Of a stretch of 64,000 nt of DNA, positions 31,275-41,133 are shown piece by piece (position 1 is the stretch's first letter; each line of letters starts with the position of its first letter). Below the pieces are notes generated by a model. That model was given only the letters and a program-made list of their open reading frames with translations, was not told where the DNA came from and made no database searches. Location of the stretch: assembly GCA_963835415.1 (NCBI GenBank), contig CAWIFZ010000003.1:221323-285322 (forward strand), in the 5' to 3' direction. A program made the translations under genes and the position numbers. This stretch comes from an uncultured Actinomycetes bacterium. Lineage in GTDB: Bacteria > Actinomycetota > UBA4738 > HRBIN12.

Positions 31275-32404
31275 TCCGCCGCGGACGACCGGACGACCAC
31301 CGAGATCCGCTGCACGAGGTTGTTCGACAGGCCGTGATGGTTCCACGGCTGCTCCGTGGGTTGCACGCGACCCGTCTCATCGGTGGCTCGGACCAGAAGC
31401 TCGTGCGTTCCGGCCTCAGCGGTCCAGCGCTGGGTCCAGTGCCGCCACGCGTACGCGCCCACCGGCTCCGACAGCTGGGCGTCGCTCCAGGAGGCTCCGC
31501 CGTCGACGCTCACCTCGACGCGGACCACGCTCCCCCACCCGGACCATGCGCGTCCCTCCAGCGTCACCGGCCCGGCGTCGAGCGTCCTCGAGCGCGTGAA
31601 GAATTCCGGGAAGCCGGGCGGGATCATCAGCGCACGCGGCACCATCCGCGTGACGGGTGTGCCCTCGTCCTCCTCGTCCTGCCGGAGACGGTAGGCCCAC
31701 ATCTGATAGCCCTCGAACGGCTCGGCGACGGCGGTGATCGACCGGAGCCACTTGACGCTCGTCATGCCGTACCAACCCGGGACCAACAGTCGCACCGGGA
31801 ACCCGTGCTGCGGAGGAAGCGGCCGTCCGTTCAGCTCGTACGCCAGGAGCACGTCGTCGCGCATCGCATCGGCGATCGACAGGCTCCGCTCGTAGTCCTG
31901 CTCCACGTCACCCTGCGTGCCGTGGTCGGCACCGCGGAACACGATCTCGGTCGCCGTCGGGCCGAGACCGGCTGCTTCCAGGATCGGACCGAGCGGCGTC
32001 CCCGTCCACGCGCCCGTCCCGACCGCTTCGTCGAGCCACGGCTGACTGAGCGGGCGCGGGTCCAGGCGCGCCCGACCGTTGCCCGCGCATTCCAACGTGA
32101 CCGGCATCGTGACGGCCGGACGCGAACGAAGATCCGCGACCGACAGCGTGAACGGGTGTTCAACCAGCCCTCCGACGTCGATCGACCACGTCTCCGCGTC
32201 CGCGGCCGGGATGTCGAAATGGATCAGGAGGTAATGCATGCCGACGGGCGTGATGTCGTACCGGAGGCCCTCGAGCGGCATCCCATGGTTCCGCGCGGCG
32301 AGCGCGAGCTCTTCGTAGCTGATGGGCTCGCGCTCGTTCGGGTCACCGGTAGGTTCAGCGGCCGTCATCAGCTCTTGTGTACCGCGTCGACCGAACGAGG
32401 GCAA
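31271..32404 (-). CDS. Sulfite-oxidase-family molybdopterin oxidoreductase (no signal peptide seen)
   Basis: The Mo-binding cysteine block is LECAGNGR. HGFPVRLLVPGWYGMTSVKWL and a C-terminal dimerisation (Ig-like) domain are present. The alternative start M13 is at 32368. Confidence 0.85.
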   Translation of the reverse strand: MPSFGRRGTQELMTAAEPTGDPNEREPISYEELALAARNHGMPLEGLRYDITPVGMHYLLIHFDIPAADAETWSIDVGGLVEHPFTLSVADLRSRPAVTMPVTLECAGNGRARLDPRPLSQPWLDEAVGTGAWTGTPLGPILEAAGLGPTATEIVFRGADHGTQGDVEQDYERSLSIADAMRDDVLLAYELNGRPLPPQHGFPVRLLVPGWYGMTSVKWLRSITAVAEPFEGYQMWAYRLRQDEEDEGTPVTRMVPRALMIPPGFPEFFTRSRTLDAGPVTLEGRAWSGWGSVVRVEVSVDGGASWSDAQLSEPVGAYAWRHWTQRWTAEAGTHELLVRATDETGRVQPTEQPWNHHGLSNNLVQRISVVVRSSAAD

Positions 32405-32411
32405 GCCACGC

Positions 32412-33443
32412 TCACGGGGTGGAGACGACCCGTCCCTCCCGCACGACCAGGCGCAGGTCGTCGAACGCCGTCGGATCGTCCAACGGGCTCCGGCCCAGCG
32501 CGATCAGATCGGCCGGGGCGTCGATATCGAGCGGTGCGCGGACCATCGCGTGCAGGATCTCCTCCGGCTCGAGTCCGGCATCGCGGAGCAGCAACACCTC
32601 GCGGGTGTGGATGCCGGCCGGGATGGGTCCGTTGCCGAGATCGGTGCCGTAGATGACGGTGCCGCCGGCCGTGTGGAACCGGCGGAGGTTGTCGACCGCA
32701 GCGCGGATCTCCGGCGTGTCGCGCCCGTACGAATGGATGTCGAGCGTCGACACGATCCGCAACCGCGCCGCGGCGGTCTCGATCACCTCGTCGGACAGCC
32801 GCGTCCACGGCGCGTGCGCGAGCTCGTCGAACCCGGCGCCCAGCGCGCGCTCCACCTGACCGGGGCCTTGCGCGTGCGCCGTGACGGGCAGGTCGAGGCG
32901 GTGGGCCTCGTCGCAGATGGCCATCAGCTCTGGGTCGGTCGGCGTCGGCCCGGCCTCGGCGTTGAGCGAGACCTTGATCGCCGTGGCGCCACGGCCGGCG
33001 AGATCGGCCACCGCGGCGACGGCGTCGTCGGGCCCGGTCAGCTCCCGGCCGGTGCCCGCGGGCGCCCAGTCGGCCTGGGTCGGATATCCACCGCGTCCGG
33101 TCAGCATCGCACCGGCGGCGCGGATCAACGGCCCGTGGTACGAGGGCATCTCCGACGCGTCGGCGAGCGGGAAGATCCGTTCGGGTGGCCACGCCAGATC
33201 GCGGACGGCCGTCACACCGTGCCTCAGCACGGCGGCGGGATCCGACAGCTCGATGTGCACGTGGCGGTCCGCGACCGCCGGCATGAGGAAGCCGTCCACG
33301 ACCAGCTCCTCGTCGGCGTCCCGGACCGATGCGGCGGGGCCGGCGTACGTGATGCGTCCACCGTCGCAGACGATCTGGGCGTCCTCGAGGATCCGCGCGG
33401 GTCCGAGCCACGCGAACGAAGCACGGACGCTCAGCCGGGTCAT
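32412..33443 (-). CDS. Amidohydrolase family (metal-dependent hydrolase) protein
   Basis: 343 aa with the HxH metal motif (ADRHVHIE) and later His/Asp residues (VTAHAQG, YGTDLG). Confidence 0.7.
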   Translation of the reverse strand: MTRLSVRASFAWLGPARILEDAQIVCDGGRITYAGPAASVRDADEELVVDGFLMPAVADRHVHIELSDPAAVLRHGVTAVRDLAWPPERIFPLADASEMPSYHGPLIRAAGAMLTGRGGYPTQADWAPAGTGRELTGPDDAVAAVADLAGRGATAIKVSLNAEAGPTPTDPELMAICDEAHRLDLPVTAHAQGPGQVERALGAGFDELAHAPWTRLSDEVIETAAARLRIVSTLDIHSYGRDTPEIRAAVDNLRRFHTAGGTVIYGTDLGNGPIPAGIHTREVLLLRDAGLEPEEILHAMVRAPLDIDAPADLIALGRSPLDDPTAFDDLRLVVREGRVVSTP

Positions 33444-33465
33444 GGCGTCACTCTAGGGCTCGCGT

Positions 33466-35478
33466 CTAGGCGACGCCGGCACTGCGGAGCGCCTTCAACT
33501 CCTTGCGGAGGTCCACGACCTCGTCGCGCAACCGGGCCGCGTACTCGAACCGGAGGTCCTTCGCCGCCTCGTGCATCTCTTCCTCGAGCGACTGGATCAA
33601 CCGCCCCAACTCCTCGGCGGGCATCTCGGGATGCGTCGGGCGCTTTCGACGCTCCCGCTTCGGCGTGGGTGCCGTGGTGTCGCCGCCGAGCGACAGCAGG
33701 ATGTCGGAGACGCGGCGACGGATCGTCTGCGGGTCGATGTCGTTGTCGGTGTTGTACTGCAGCTGGATCATCCGACGACGTTGGGTCTCGCTGATCGCCG
33801 ACTTCATCGAGTCCGTGATGCGGTCGGCGTACATCAACACGGTGCCGTCCACGTTGCGCGCCGCCCGGCCGATCGTCTGGATCAACGACGTCTCGGAGCG
33901 CAGGAAGCCCTCCTTGTCGGCGTCCAGGATCGCGACGAGCGAGACCTCCGGCAGGTCGAGGCCCTCGCGCAGCAGGTTGATCCCGACCAGCACGTCGAAC
34001 TCCCCCAGCCGAAGGTCGCGCAGGATCTCGATCCGCTGCAACGTGTCCACCTCGGAGTGCAGGTATCGCACGCGGATGCCCATCTCGACGAGGTAGTCCG
34101 TCAGGTCCTCGGCCATCTTCTTCGTGAGCGTGGTCACCAACACGCGCTGGTCGTTCTCGGCGCGCTTGCGGATCTCTTCGATCAGGTCGTCGACCTGGCC
34201 CTTCGTCGGCCGGATCTGGACCTCGGGATCGATCAGGCCCGTCGGACGCACGATCTGCTCCACGATCCGCTTCGACCGGCGCAGCTCGTAGTCGCCGGGC
34301 GTCGCCGACATGAACACGACCTGGTGCACGCGCTCGGTGAACTCGTCGAACCGCAGCGGCCGGTTGTCGATGGCGCTCGGCAGGCGGAACCCGTGCTCGA
34401 CGAGCGTCGACTTCCGCGACAGATCGCCTTCGTACATGCCGTGGAGCTGCGGCACCGTCACGTGCGACTCGTCGATCACCACGAGGTAGTCGTCGGGGAA
34501 GTAGTCGAGCAACGTGTACGGCGCGGTTCCCGGCCCGCGGCCGTCGATGTGACGCGAATAGTTCTCGATGCCGCTGCAGAACCCGACCTCGCGCATCATC
34601 TCCAGGTCGTAGGACGTGCGCATGCGCAGCCGTTCCGCCTCGAGCAGCTTGCCCTGATCGTTCAGCTCGGCGAGCCGCTGGTGCAGCTCCTCCTCGATCG
34701 TCCCCAGCGCCCGCTTCATCCGGTCGTCGCTCGCCACGTAGTGCGACGCGGGGAACACCGTGGTCTCGGTGAGCTCGCCGACGATCTCGCCGGTCAGCGG
34801 GTCGAACTGGGTGACGCGCTGGATCGTGTCGCCCCACCACTCGATCCGCGTGCCGATCTGCTCGTACGGCGGGAAGACCTCGAGCGTGTCGCCCGTGACG
34901 CGGAACGTCCCGCGCGCGCGGCTGACCTGGTTCCGCTGGTACTGGATGTCGACCAGCCGTTGCATCGCGAACTCCAGCGGGATCTCGGTGCCTTTGTAGG
35001 GACGCAGGATCTGCCCCTCGTACTCCTCGGGCGAGCCCAGCCCGTAGATGCACGAGACGCTCGCGACGATCAGCACGTCCCGGCGGGACAGGAGGGCGGC
35101 CGTGGCCGCGTGCCGGAGCCGCTCGATCTCGTCGTTCACCGACGAGTCCTTCTCGATGTACGTGTCGGTGGTCGGGATGTACGCCTCAGGCTGGTAGTAG
35201 TCGTAGTAGCTGACGAAGTACTCGACCGCGTTGTCGGGGAACACCTCGCGGAACTCGTTCGCCAACTGTGCGCCGAGCGACTTGTTGGGCGCGATCACCA
35301 GGGTCGGGCGCTGGATGGCCTCGACCACATGGGCGATCGTGAACGTCTTCCCGGTCCCGGTGGCGCCCAGCAGCGTCAGGGACTCCTCGCCGGCCTCCAC
35401 GCCTTCGGAGAGCTGGCGGATGGCCTCGGGCTGGTCGCCGGCGGGTTGGAAGTCGGACGCGATACGGAACGGGGGCAT
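33466..35478 (-). CDS. uvrB: Excinuclease ABC subunit B
   Basis: 670 aa after trimming the ORF to ATG 35478. Walker [14 protein letters not shown] box (VIDESHVT), helicase motifs and a C-terminal UVR domain ([11 protein letters not shown]). Confidence 0.95.
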   Translation of the reverse strand: MPPFRIASDFQPAGDQPEAIRQLSEGVEAGEESLTLLGATGTGKTFTIAHVVEAIQRPTLVIAPNKSLGAQLANEFREVFPDNAVEYFVSYYDYYQPEAYIPTTDTYIEKDSSVNDEIERLRHAATAALLSRRDVLIVASVSCIYGLGSPEEYEGQILRPYKGTEIPLEFAMQRLVDIQYQRNQVSRARGTFRVTGDTLEVFPPYEQIGTRIEWWGDTIQRVTQFDPLTGEIVGELTETTVFPASHYVASDDRMKRALGTIEEELHQRLAELNDQGKLLEAERLRMRTSYDLEMMREVGFCSGIENYSRHIDGRGPGTAPYTLLDYFPDDYLVVIDESHVTVPQLHGMYEGDLSRKSTLVEHGFRLPSAIDNRPLRFDEFTERVHQVVFMSATPGDYELRRSKRIVEQIVRPTGLIDPEVQIRPTKGQVDDLIEEIRKRAENDQRVLVTTLTKKMAEDLTDYLVEMGIRVRYLHSEVDTLQRIEILRDLRLGEFDVLVGINLLREGLDLPEVSLVAILDADKEGFLRSETSLIQTIGRAARNVDGTVLMYADRITDSMKSAISETQRRRMIQLQYNTDNDIDPQTIRRRVSDILLSLGGDTTAPTPKRERRKRPTHPEMPAEELGRLIQSLEEEMHEAAKDLRFEYAARLRDEVVDLRKELKALRSAGVA

Positions 35479-35484
35479 GGGGCG

Positions 35485-35506
35485 ATTGTAGGACCCGGCG
35501 CCGACA
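35485..35506 (-). promoter_or_regulatory. RecA-NDp (PafBC-type) DNA-damage promoter upstream of uvrB
   Basis: The minus strand reads TGTCG-gcg-ccgggtcc-TACAAT-cgcccc-ATG. This matches the consensus as I recall it (tTGTCRgtg-N8-TAnnnT). The -10 ends 6 nt before the ATG. Confidence 0.55.
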
Positions 35507-35533
35507 CGCACGGCGCGAAGCCGAACTAGGACG

Positions 35534-36729
35534 CTAGCAGCGTTCCAACGCGAGCGGGACGAGCGGACCGGTGCCGCCGCCGGTGAACCGGTCGCCGACG
35601 GCGAGCAGGCGCCCGGTCGCCGCCGAGATCCCCCACAGGTGGTTGTCGCTCGGTCCTTTGTTCGCGCTGGCCACGACCGACCATCCCGTGCCGTCCCAGT
35701 GCTCGACGAGCGTTCGGACGGCGTTCGCGGTGTGATCGACGAATCCGCCGACCGCCCAGACGTCGTCGGTGGCGACCGCCACGACGGCCGCCAGGTCGGC
35801 GATCCCCTCCGGCGTGGGGCTGGCCACGACCGCCCATGCCGTTCCGTCCCAGTGGAGCGCGAGCGTCTTGAGGCCGCGGAGACCGACCGCCCAGACGTCG
35901 TCGGTCCCCACCGCCGACACCGACACGAGGTCGTTCGCTGCGGAGGCCGGGCCGGCGTTCGGGCTCGCGACACGGCTCCACGTGGTTCCGTTCCAATGGA
36001 GCGTCAGCGTCCGGTCGTCGAACGCCTTCGTGAACCACGTCCCGACCGCCCAGATGTCATCGGGGGCCACCGCGTCGATATCGGACAGCGCGTTCGGGAA
36101 CGGTCCCTTGTTCGGGCTGGGCACGACCGACCACGTCGTCGCCGTCCCAGTGCTCGATCAGGGTCCGACTGGGCGCGCCCTGCCCGAACGAGCCGACGGC
36201 CCACGCGTCGTCGGCGGCGAGCGCCACGACGCCGCTCAGCTGCCCACCTGCGGGCTGGCCGGCGTTCGGGCTCTTCACGCGGGCCCACGACGAGCCGTCC
36301 CACCGCTCGACCAGCGTCCGGACGAGGTTGTTCGGCTTCGTGAACGAACCCACCGCCCAGGCGTCCGTCGAGGTTCGGGCCGCGACGCCGGACAGCTCGC
36401 TCTGCGGCGCCGACGGACCGTCCGCGGACGGCGTGATCGTCCACGACGTGCCGTCGTGATGCTCGATCAGGGTGTGGCCCTTCTGGTCGCCGGGGTCGAA
36501 GCGATGGCCGACCGCCCAGGCGTCGGTCGGCGACGAGGCCGCGACGTCCTCGAGTCCGCCCGAGCCCGAGATCGCGGGGAGCGGCGCCGCGGTCCACGCC
36601 GACCCGCACACCCGCGCGGCGCCCAGGGCGTGCGGTTCCGGCAGAGGCGCCGCCGACCACGAGTGAGATCGACGCGGCGACGACCGCCGATAGCAACGCT
36701 GAACGACGCACGCGTCCTCCCCTCGTCAC
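35534..36729 (-). pseudogene. Secreted protein with seven tandem repeats of about 47 aa (WDGxxW ... DxWAVG), at least 2 frame changes
   Basis: GTG 36729 overlaps the stop of the upstream ABC ATPase (GTGA). A signal peptide is present (RRSALLSAVVAASISLVVGGASA). The repeat L-x-GV-x-A-x3-D-x-WAVG-x(8-12)-TL-x-E-H-WDG-T-x-W-S-x-V-x-SPN recurs seven times. The reading frame switches near 36625 and 36130. Confidence 0.6.
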
Positions 36730-37472
36730 ATCCGGCCCGCGGCGATGATGCGCTGCAGGAACCGTTTCGTTCGCTCTTCCTTGGGGTCGCTGAACATCTG
36801 CAGCGGTGCCCCCTGCTCCAGGATGACACCTTCATCCAGGAAGCACACCCGGCTCGCGATGTCGCGCGCGAACCCCATCTCGTGCGTCGCGATCAGCATC
36901 GTCATGCCGCCGGTGGCCAGCTCGCGGATGACGTCGAGCACCTCGGCGACGAGCTCCGGGTCGAGCGCGCTGGTGACCTCGTCGAGCAGCATGATGTCCG
37001 GCTGCATCGCCAGCGCGCGAACGATCGCGACGCGCTGTTGCTGTCCGCCCGATAACCGGTCGGGGTATTCGTCGGCCTTGTCGACGAGACCGAACCGATC
37101 GAGCAGTTGATCGGCACGGTCCTTGGCGTCCTCGATCGAGAGATCCAGCACCTTGGTCGGAGCGAGCGTGATGTTGCGCATCACCGTCATGTGCGGGAAC
37201 AGGTTGTAGGACTGGAACACGATGCCGATGCGCGTGCGGATCGCGTTCACGTCCACGCCGGGAGCCGTGATGTCGACGCCCTCGACCACGATCCGCCCGG
37301 CGTCGATCGGCTCCAGGAGGTTCACGCACCGCAGCAACGTGGACTTGCCCGACCCGGACGCGCCGATCAGGCAGATCACCTCGTGCTCCTCGACGATCAA
37401 GTCGATCCCGCGCAGCACCTCGAGCTTGTCGAACGACTTCCGCACACCCTCGAGCCGGATCGCCTCGCTCAT
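36726..37472 (-). CDS. Polar amino-acid ABC transporter ATP-binding protein
   Basis: Walker A GASGSGKST, signature [15 protein letters not shown] and Walker B IMLLDEVTSALD. The gene is intact. Confidence 0.9.
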   Translation of the reverse strand: MSEAIRLEGVRKSFDKLEVLRGIDLIVEEHEVICLIGASGSGKSTLLRCVNLLEPIDAGRIVVEGVDITAPGVDVNAIRTRIGIVFQSYNLFPHMTVMRNITLAPTKVLDLSIEDAKDRADQLLDRFGLVDKADEYPDRLSGGQQQRVAIVRALAMQPDIMLLDEVTSALDPELVAEVLDVIRELATGGMTMLIATHEMGFARDIASRVCFLDEGVILEQGAPLQMFSDPKEERTKRFLQRIIAAGRM

Positions 37473-38362
37473 CGCGTGCTCCCCGCCTGCCGCCGCCGGC
37501 GGTCGCGCGCGATCAACCAGTCGGTGAACCGGGCGAGCGGGATCGTCACGAGGACGAACAGCATCGCCGTCGCGAGGAACGGCGTGAAGTTGAACGTGGC
37601 CGAGCTCTCGATCTGTGCTTGCCGGAACGCCTCGACCACGCCGATGCTCGCGACCAGCGCCGTGTCCTTCTGGAGGCCGATGAAGTCGTTCAAGAGCGGC
37701 GGGATCACCCGTCGGATCGCTTGGGGCAGGATCACGAAGCGCAGGGATTCCCAGCGGGAGAGGCCGAGCGAACGGGCCGCCGCGCTCTGACTCTCGTGGA
37801 CCGATTCGATGCCGGCCCGATACACCTCAGCGACGTACGCGGTGTAGACGAGCACGAGGGAGACCACCGCCCAGAAGAACGGGGACTTGGGAACGCTCTC
37901 ACCGAGTGCCGGAGCCCCGAACCCGAGGGTGTAGATGACGAGCACCGTGGGGATGCCGCGGAACAGATCGATGTATCCGACGGCCAAGGCCCTGATCGGG
38001 AAGAACACCGGCCCCGGAAGGCTCCGCATCACTGCGAGGAACATCGCCAGGACGAGGATGAACACCTCCGCGATCAGGAACAGCTTGACGTTCACGAGGA
38101 ACGCACGGGCGATGCTGGGGAACGACTCCTTGAACTGCTCGCCGTTGAAGAACGCTTCCTTGACCTCGAGCCAACCCGGGGCGTTGATGATCGCGACCGC
38201 CAGCACGGTGAAGAACACGACCGTGCTGACCACGGCGATCCACACCGCTCGTCTGCCCTCGGGGCGCCCGCGACCGGGCCCGCCGAGGATCCGGGACCGC
38301 CGGCTCCCCGCCTCCTCCAGCAGGCGATCGACCTCGTCGTCCGGTGAGCCGCCGACGCTCAC
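37469..38362 (-). CDS. Polar amino-acid ABC transporter permease
   Basis: 297 aa with a His/Glu/Gln/Arg-type permease core (GIPTVLVIYTLGFG, EAA-like SQSAAARSLGLSRWESLRFVILPQA). Confidence 0.9.
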   Translation of the reverse strand: MSVGGSPDDEVDRLLEEAGSRRSRILGGPGRGRPEGRRAVWIAVVSTVVFFTVLAVAIINAPGWLEVKEAFFNGEQFKESFPSIARAFLVNVKLFLIAEVFILVLAMFLAVMRSLPGPVFFPIRALAVGYIDLFRGIPTVLVIYTLGFGAPALGESVPKSPFFWAVVSLVLVYTAYVAEVYRAGIESVHESQSAAARSLGLSRWESLRFVILPQAIRRVIPPLLNDFIGLQKDTALVASIGVVEAFRQAQIESSATFNFTPFLATAMLFVLVTIPLARFTDWLIARDRRRRQAGSTR

Positions 38363-38381
38363 GGCGCCGCCATCCGAACGA

Positions 38382-39311
38382 CTACTGCGTGATCTCGGGG
38401 AACGTGACGTCCTTCAGCCACTCGGCTTCGAGCGCGTCGAGCGTGCCGTCGGACTTCAGCGCCTCGATCGCCTGGTTCACGCAACCGACGAGCGGGTTGC
38501 CCTTGGCGAAGACGAGCCCGAAGTACTCCTGGTCACCGATCGCGGGGAACTGCCCCACCACGACGCCGTTCTTCACCTGGCCGATCAAGACGTTCACGTA
38601 CGCGGTCGGCGCGTCGGTGAGGTAGCCGTCGATCTGTCCGTTGCTGAGCGCACGGATCACGTCGACGGACCGGTCGAACACGGCCGGCTGCTGATCGGGC
38701 TGGATGTTGTTCACGATGTAGCTGTAGCTGGTCGTGCCGATCTGCGCCCCCAGCTTGTAGCCCTTCAGATCGGCGAACGTCGTCGCGTCGGCGATCGGCG
38801 TGCCCTTGAGCGCGACGAGCGCAGGTGAGACGTCGTAGTAGCTCTCGCTGAAGTCGACGGCCTGCGCCCGGTCCGGGCTGTACGAGATCTCGTTGATGTC
38901 GAAGTCGAAGTCCTTGTCGCCCGGCTTGAACGATTCGTTGAACGTGATCGGGACCCAGGTGACCTGGTCCTGCGTCATGCCGAGCTGCTCGGCGATCGCG
39001 TACGCGACCGCGCTCTCGAAGCCGTCGCCGCTGGCCGGGTTCCCGGTGCCGCTGTTCGGCTGCGCCTTCCACGGCCCGTACGTCCCGGTGCCGCCGAACC
39101 ACGGCTGGAACGCCGGGTTGTCGGTGCCGATCGTGAGCGTTCCCGACGTCAGGAGGTTCAGGCTCTCGGCGGCGCACGGGTCCGAGGTGCCCGTCGCGCC
39201 GGTCGCGGGTGACGTCGCTCCGGTCGGCCCGCTGGCTCCGGCGCCGTCGTCGTTCGAGCACGCCACGCCGATCACGGCCAGCGCCATCAGGCCGATCAGG
39301 AACTTCCGCAT
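38382..39311 (-). CDS. Polar amino-acid ABC transporter substrate-binding lipoprotein (family 3)
   Basis: ATG 39311 is preceded by gaacgaggggg. Lipobox VIGVAC-S and a Gly/Thr/Ser linker lead into a family-3 fold (DFDFDINEISYSPDRAQAVDFSESYY). Confidence 0.9.
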   Translation of the reverse strand: MRKFLIGLMALAVIGVACSNDDGAGASGPTGATSPATGATGTSDPCAAESLNLLTSGTLTIGTDNPAFQPWFGGTGTYGPWKAQPNSGTGNPASGDGFESAVAYAIAEQLGMTQDQVTWVPITFNESFKPGDKDFDFDINEISYSPDRAQAVDFSESYYDVSPALVALKGTPIADATTFADLKGYKLGAQIGTTSYSYIVNNIQPDQQPAVFDRSVDVIRALSNGQIDGYLTDAPTAYVNVLIGQVKNGVVVGQFPAIGDQEYFGLVFAKGNPLVGCVNQAIEALKSDGTLDALEAEWLKDVTFPEITQ

Positions 39312-39389
39312 CGCCGAACCCCCTCGTTCACCAGCAGAGATGGTGGGCCGCAGACGTCCAGGCCCGAGCGCGGAGCCTAGCACAGCGCC

Positions 39390-40199
39390 CTACCTCCGAG
39401 GTTCCCAGCTGAAGTAGCGCGCCGCGAGCACCAGACCCGCGACACCCCACACCGCGACGACCACCACGTCGATCCATTCGAACGGGAACGCCTGGACCGG
39501 ACCGGTGGGCGTCGGGACCATGACGTTGCGGGAGGAACCCGGCGCGCATCGCATCGGCGAAGTGCTTGACCGGGAAGATCGTGCCGACCGTGATGATCCA
39601 CTGCGGCGTGTTGTCTCCGAGTGGCACGAAGATGCCCGAGAGGAACAGCAGCGGCAGGATCGACGCGTTCACGATGGGCGGCGCGGCGTCGGCGTTCGGG
39701 ATGACCGCCGTGATCGCGAGCGCCAGCGCGCAGAAGCTGAGCCCGCCGACCGAACAACGTGATCACGAACTGCAGCGAGCGGGAGCCCGGTGGGGATGCT
39801 CACCGAGTAGAAGACCGCTCCGAACGCCACCGTGAGCGCGACGAGGATGAACGCCAGGATCATCGCGTGGATCACCCTGCCCGACATGTACGCCCACGCG
39901 GGCAGCGGCGTGCCTCGCGTCCGCTTCAGGATGCCGCCGTCCCGACTGAACGTCGTGCTGATCGCCACGTTCGTGTACGTCGCGCTGATCACGCCGAAGG
40001 CCGCCTCGGCGACGACGTAGTAGGTCGACAGGTTGATCGTCACGCCGTTGAGGGTCAGGTCGCCGGAACCGAGCAGCGACGTGAAGATCACCACGAACAT
40101 CAGCGGGAACGCGAACGTGAAGAACGCGGAGGCCGGGTTGCGCCAGAACGCCTTGTTCGTGTAGCCGACCTGGCGCAACGCGAGGCTGGCGTCGCTCAT
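39390..40199 (-). pseudogene. ABC-2 type exporter permease, at least 3 frame changes
   Basis: The ATG overlaps the ATPase stop (ATGA at 40196-40199). A coherent membrane protein appears only by switching frames near 39773, 39755 and 39530. The C-terminus ...EWIDVVVVAVWGVAGLVLAARYFSWEPRR ends at TAG 39390-39392. Confidence 0.7.
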
Positions 40200-41106
40200 A
40201 CGCTGACCTCCTCGCCGCCCGTGATCTCGAGATAGACATCCTCCAGGCTCGGCCTCGACACCTCGAGGTCCTCCAGGTGCACGGCTCGCTCGAGCGCCCA
40301 GCTGGTGAGCGCATGCAGCTGGGTCGTGGGGTCCTCCGCCCGCAGTTCCCAGACCCCGTCCTCCTGGACGATGCCGTCGATCGACGGCGGCTCGCCCGGC
40401 GCCCGGCGGGAGGCGGAACCGGATCGTCGTGAGCCGCTGGTTCCGGCCGGCGAGGGTCTGCGGGGACCCCTCCGCGACGATCTCCCCGTGGGCGATCACC
40501 GCGACACGGTTCGCCAGGTACTGCGCTTCGTCCATGAAATGGGTCGTCAGGAAGACGGTCTTCCCGAGCTCCGTCAGGCTCCGGACGATCTCCCAGGCGT
40601 GCCGCCGGGCCGACGGATCGAAGCCGGTGGTCGGCTCGTCCAGGAAGAGGAGCTCGGGGTCGCCCGCCAGCGCGATCGCCACGTCCAGCCGGCGTTGCTG
40701 TCCGCCCGAGAGCTTCAGCACGCGGACATCGCGCTTCTCGGACAGACCCACCAGCGCGAGCACCTCGTCGGCGGCGCGGGGCTTCGGGTAGTAGCCGCTG
40801 TACATCTCGACCGACTCCAGGACCGTGAGGTAGGGATCGACCCCGGTCGACTGGAGCACGATCCCGATCCGGCGACGCAGCTCCACGTCATGCCGAGCGG
40901 GATCGTGCCCCAGCACCGAGACATCGCCTCCGCTGCGGCTCCGGAACCCCTCCAGGATCTCCACGGTGGTCGTCTTCCCGGCGCCGTTCGGGTCCCAGCA
41001 GGGCGAAGACCTCGCCGCGATCCACGTGGAGGTCGATGCCCTTCACGGCTTCGACGTCGTCGTAGGACTTGCGCAGCCCGCGCACCTCGATCACCCGGTC
41101 GCTCAC
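40196..41106 (-). pseudogene. ABC-2 type exporter ATP-binding protein (DrrA-like), at least 2 frame changes
   Basis: Walker A is interrupted: ALLGP then NGAGKTTTVEIL lies in another frame, with an extra base in the ccc/ggg run at 40990-40992. The signature is LSGGQQRRL. A second shift near 40400 leads to the C-terminus ...SRPSLEDVYLEITGGEEVSV. Confidence 0.8.
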
Positions 41107-41133
41107 GCCGCCACCCTAATGAGCGGTCCGTCG

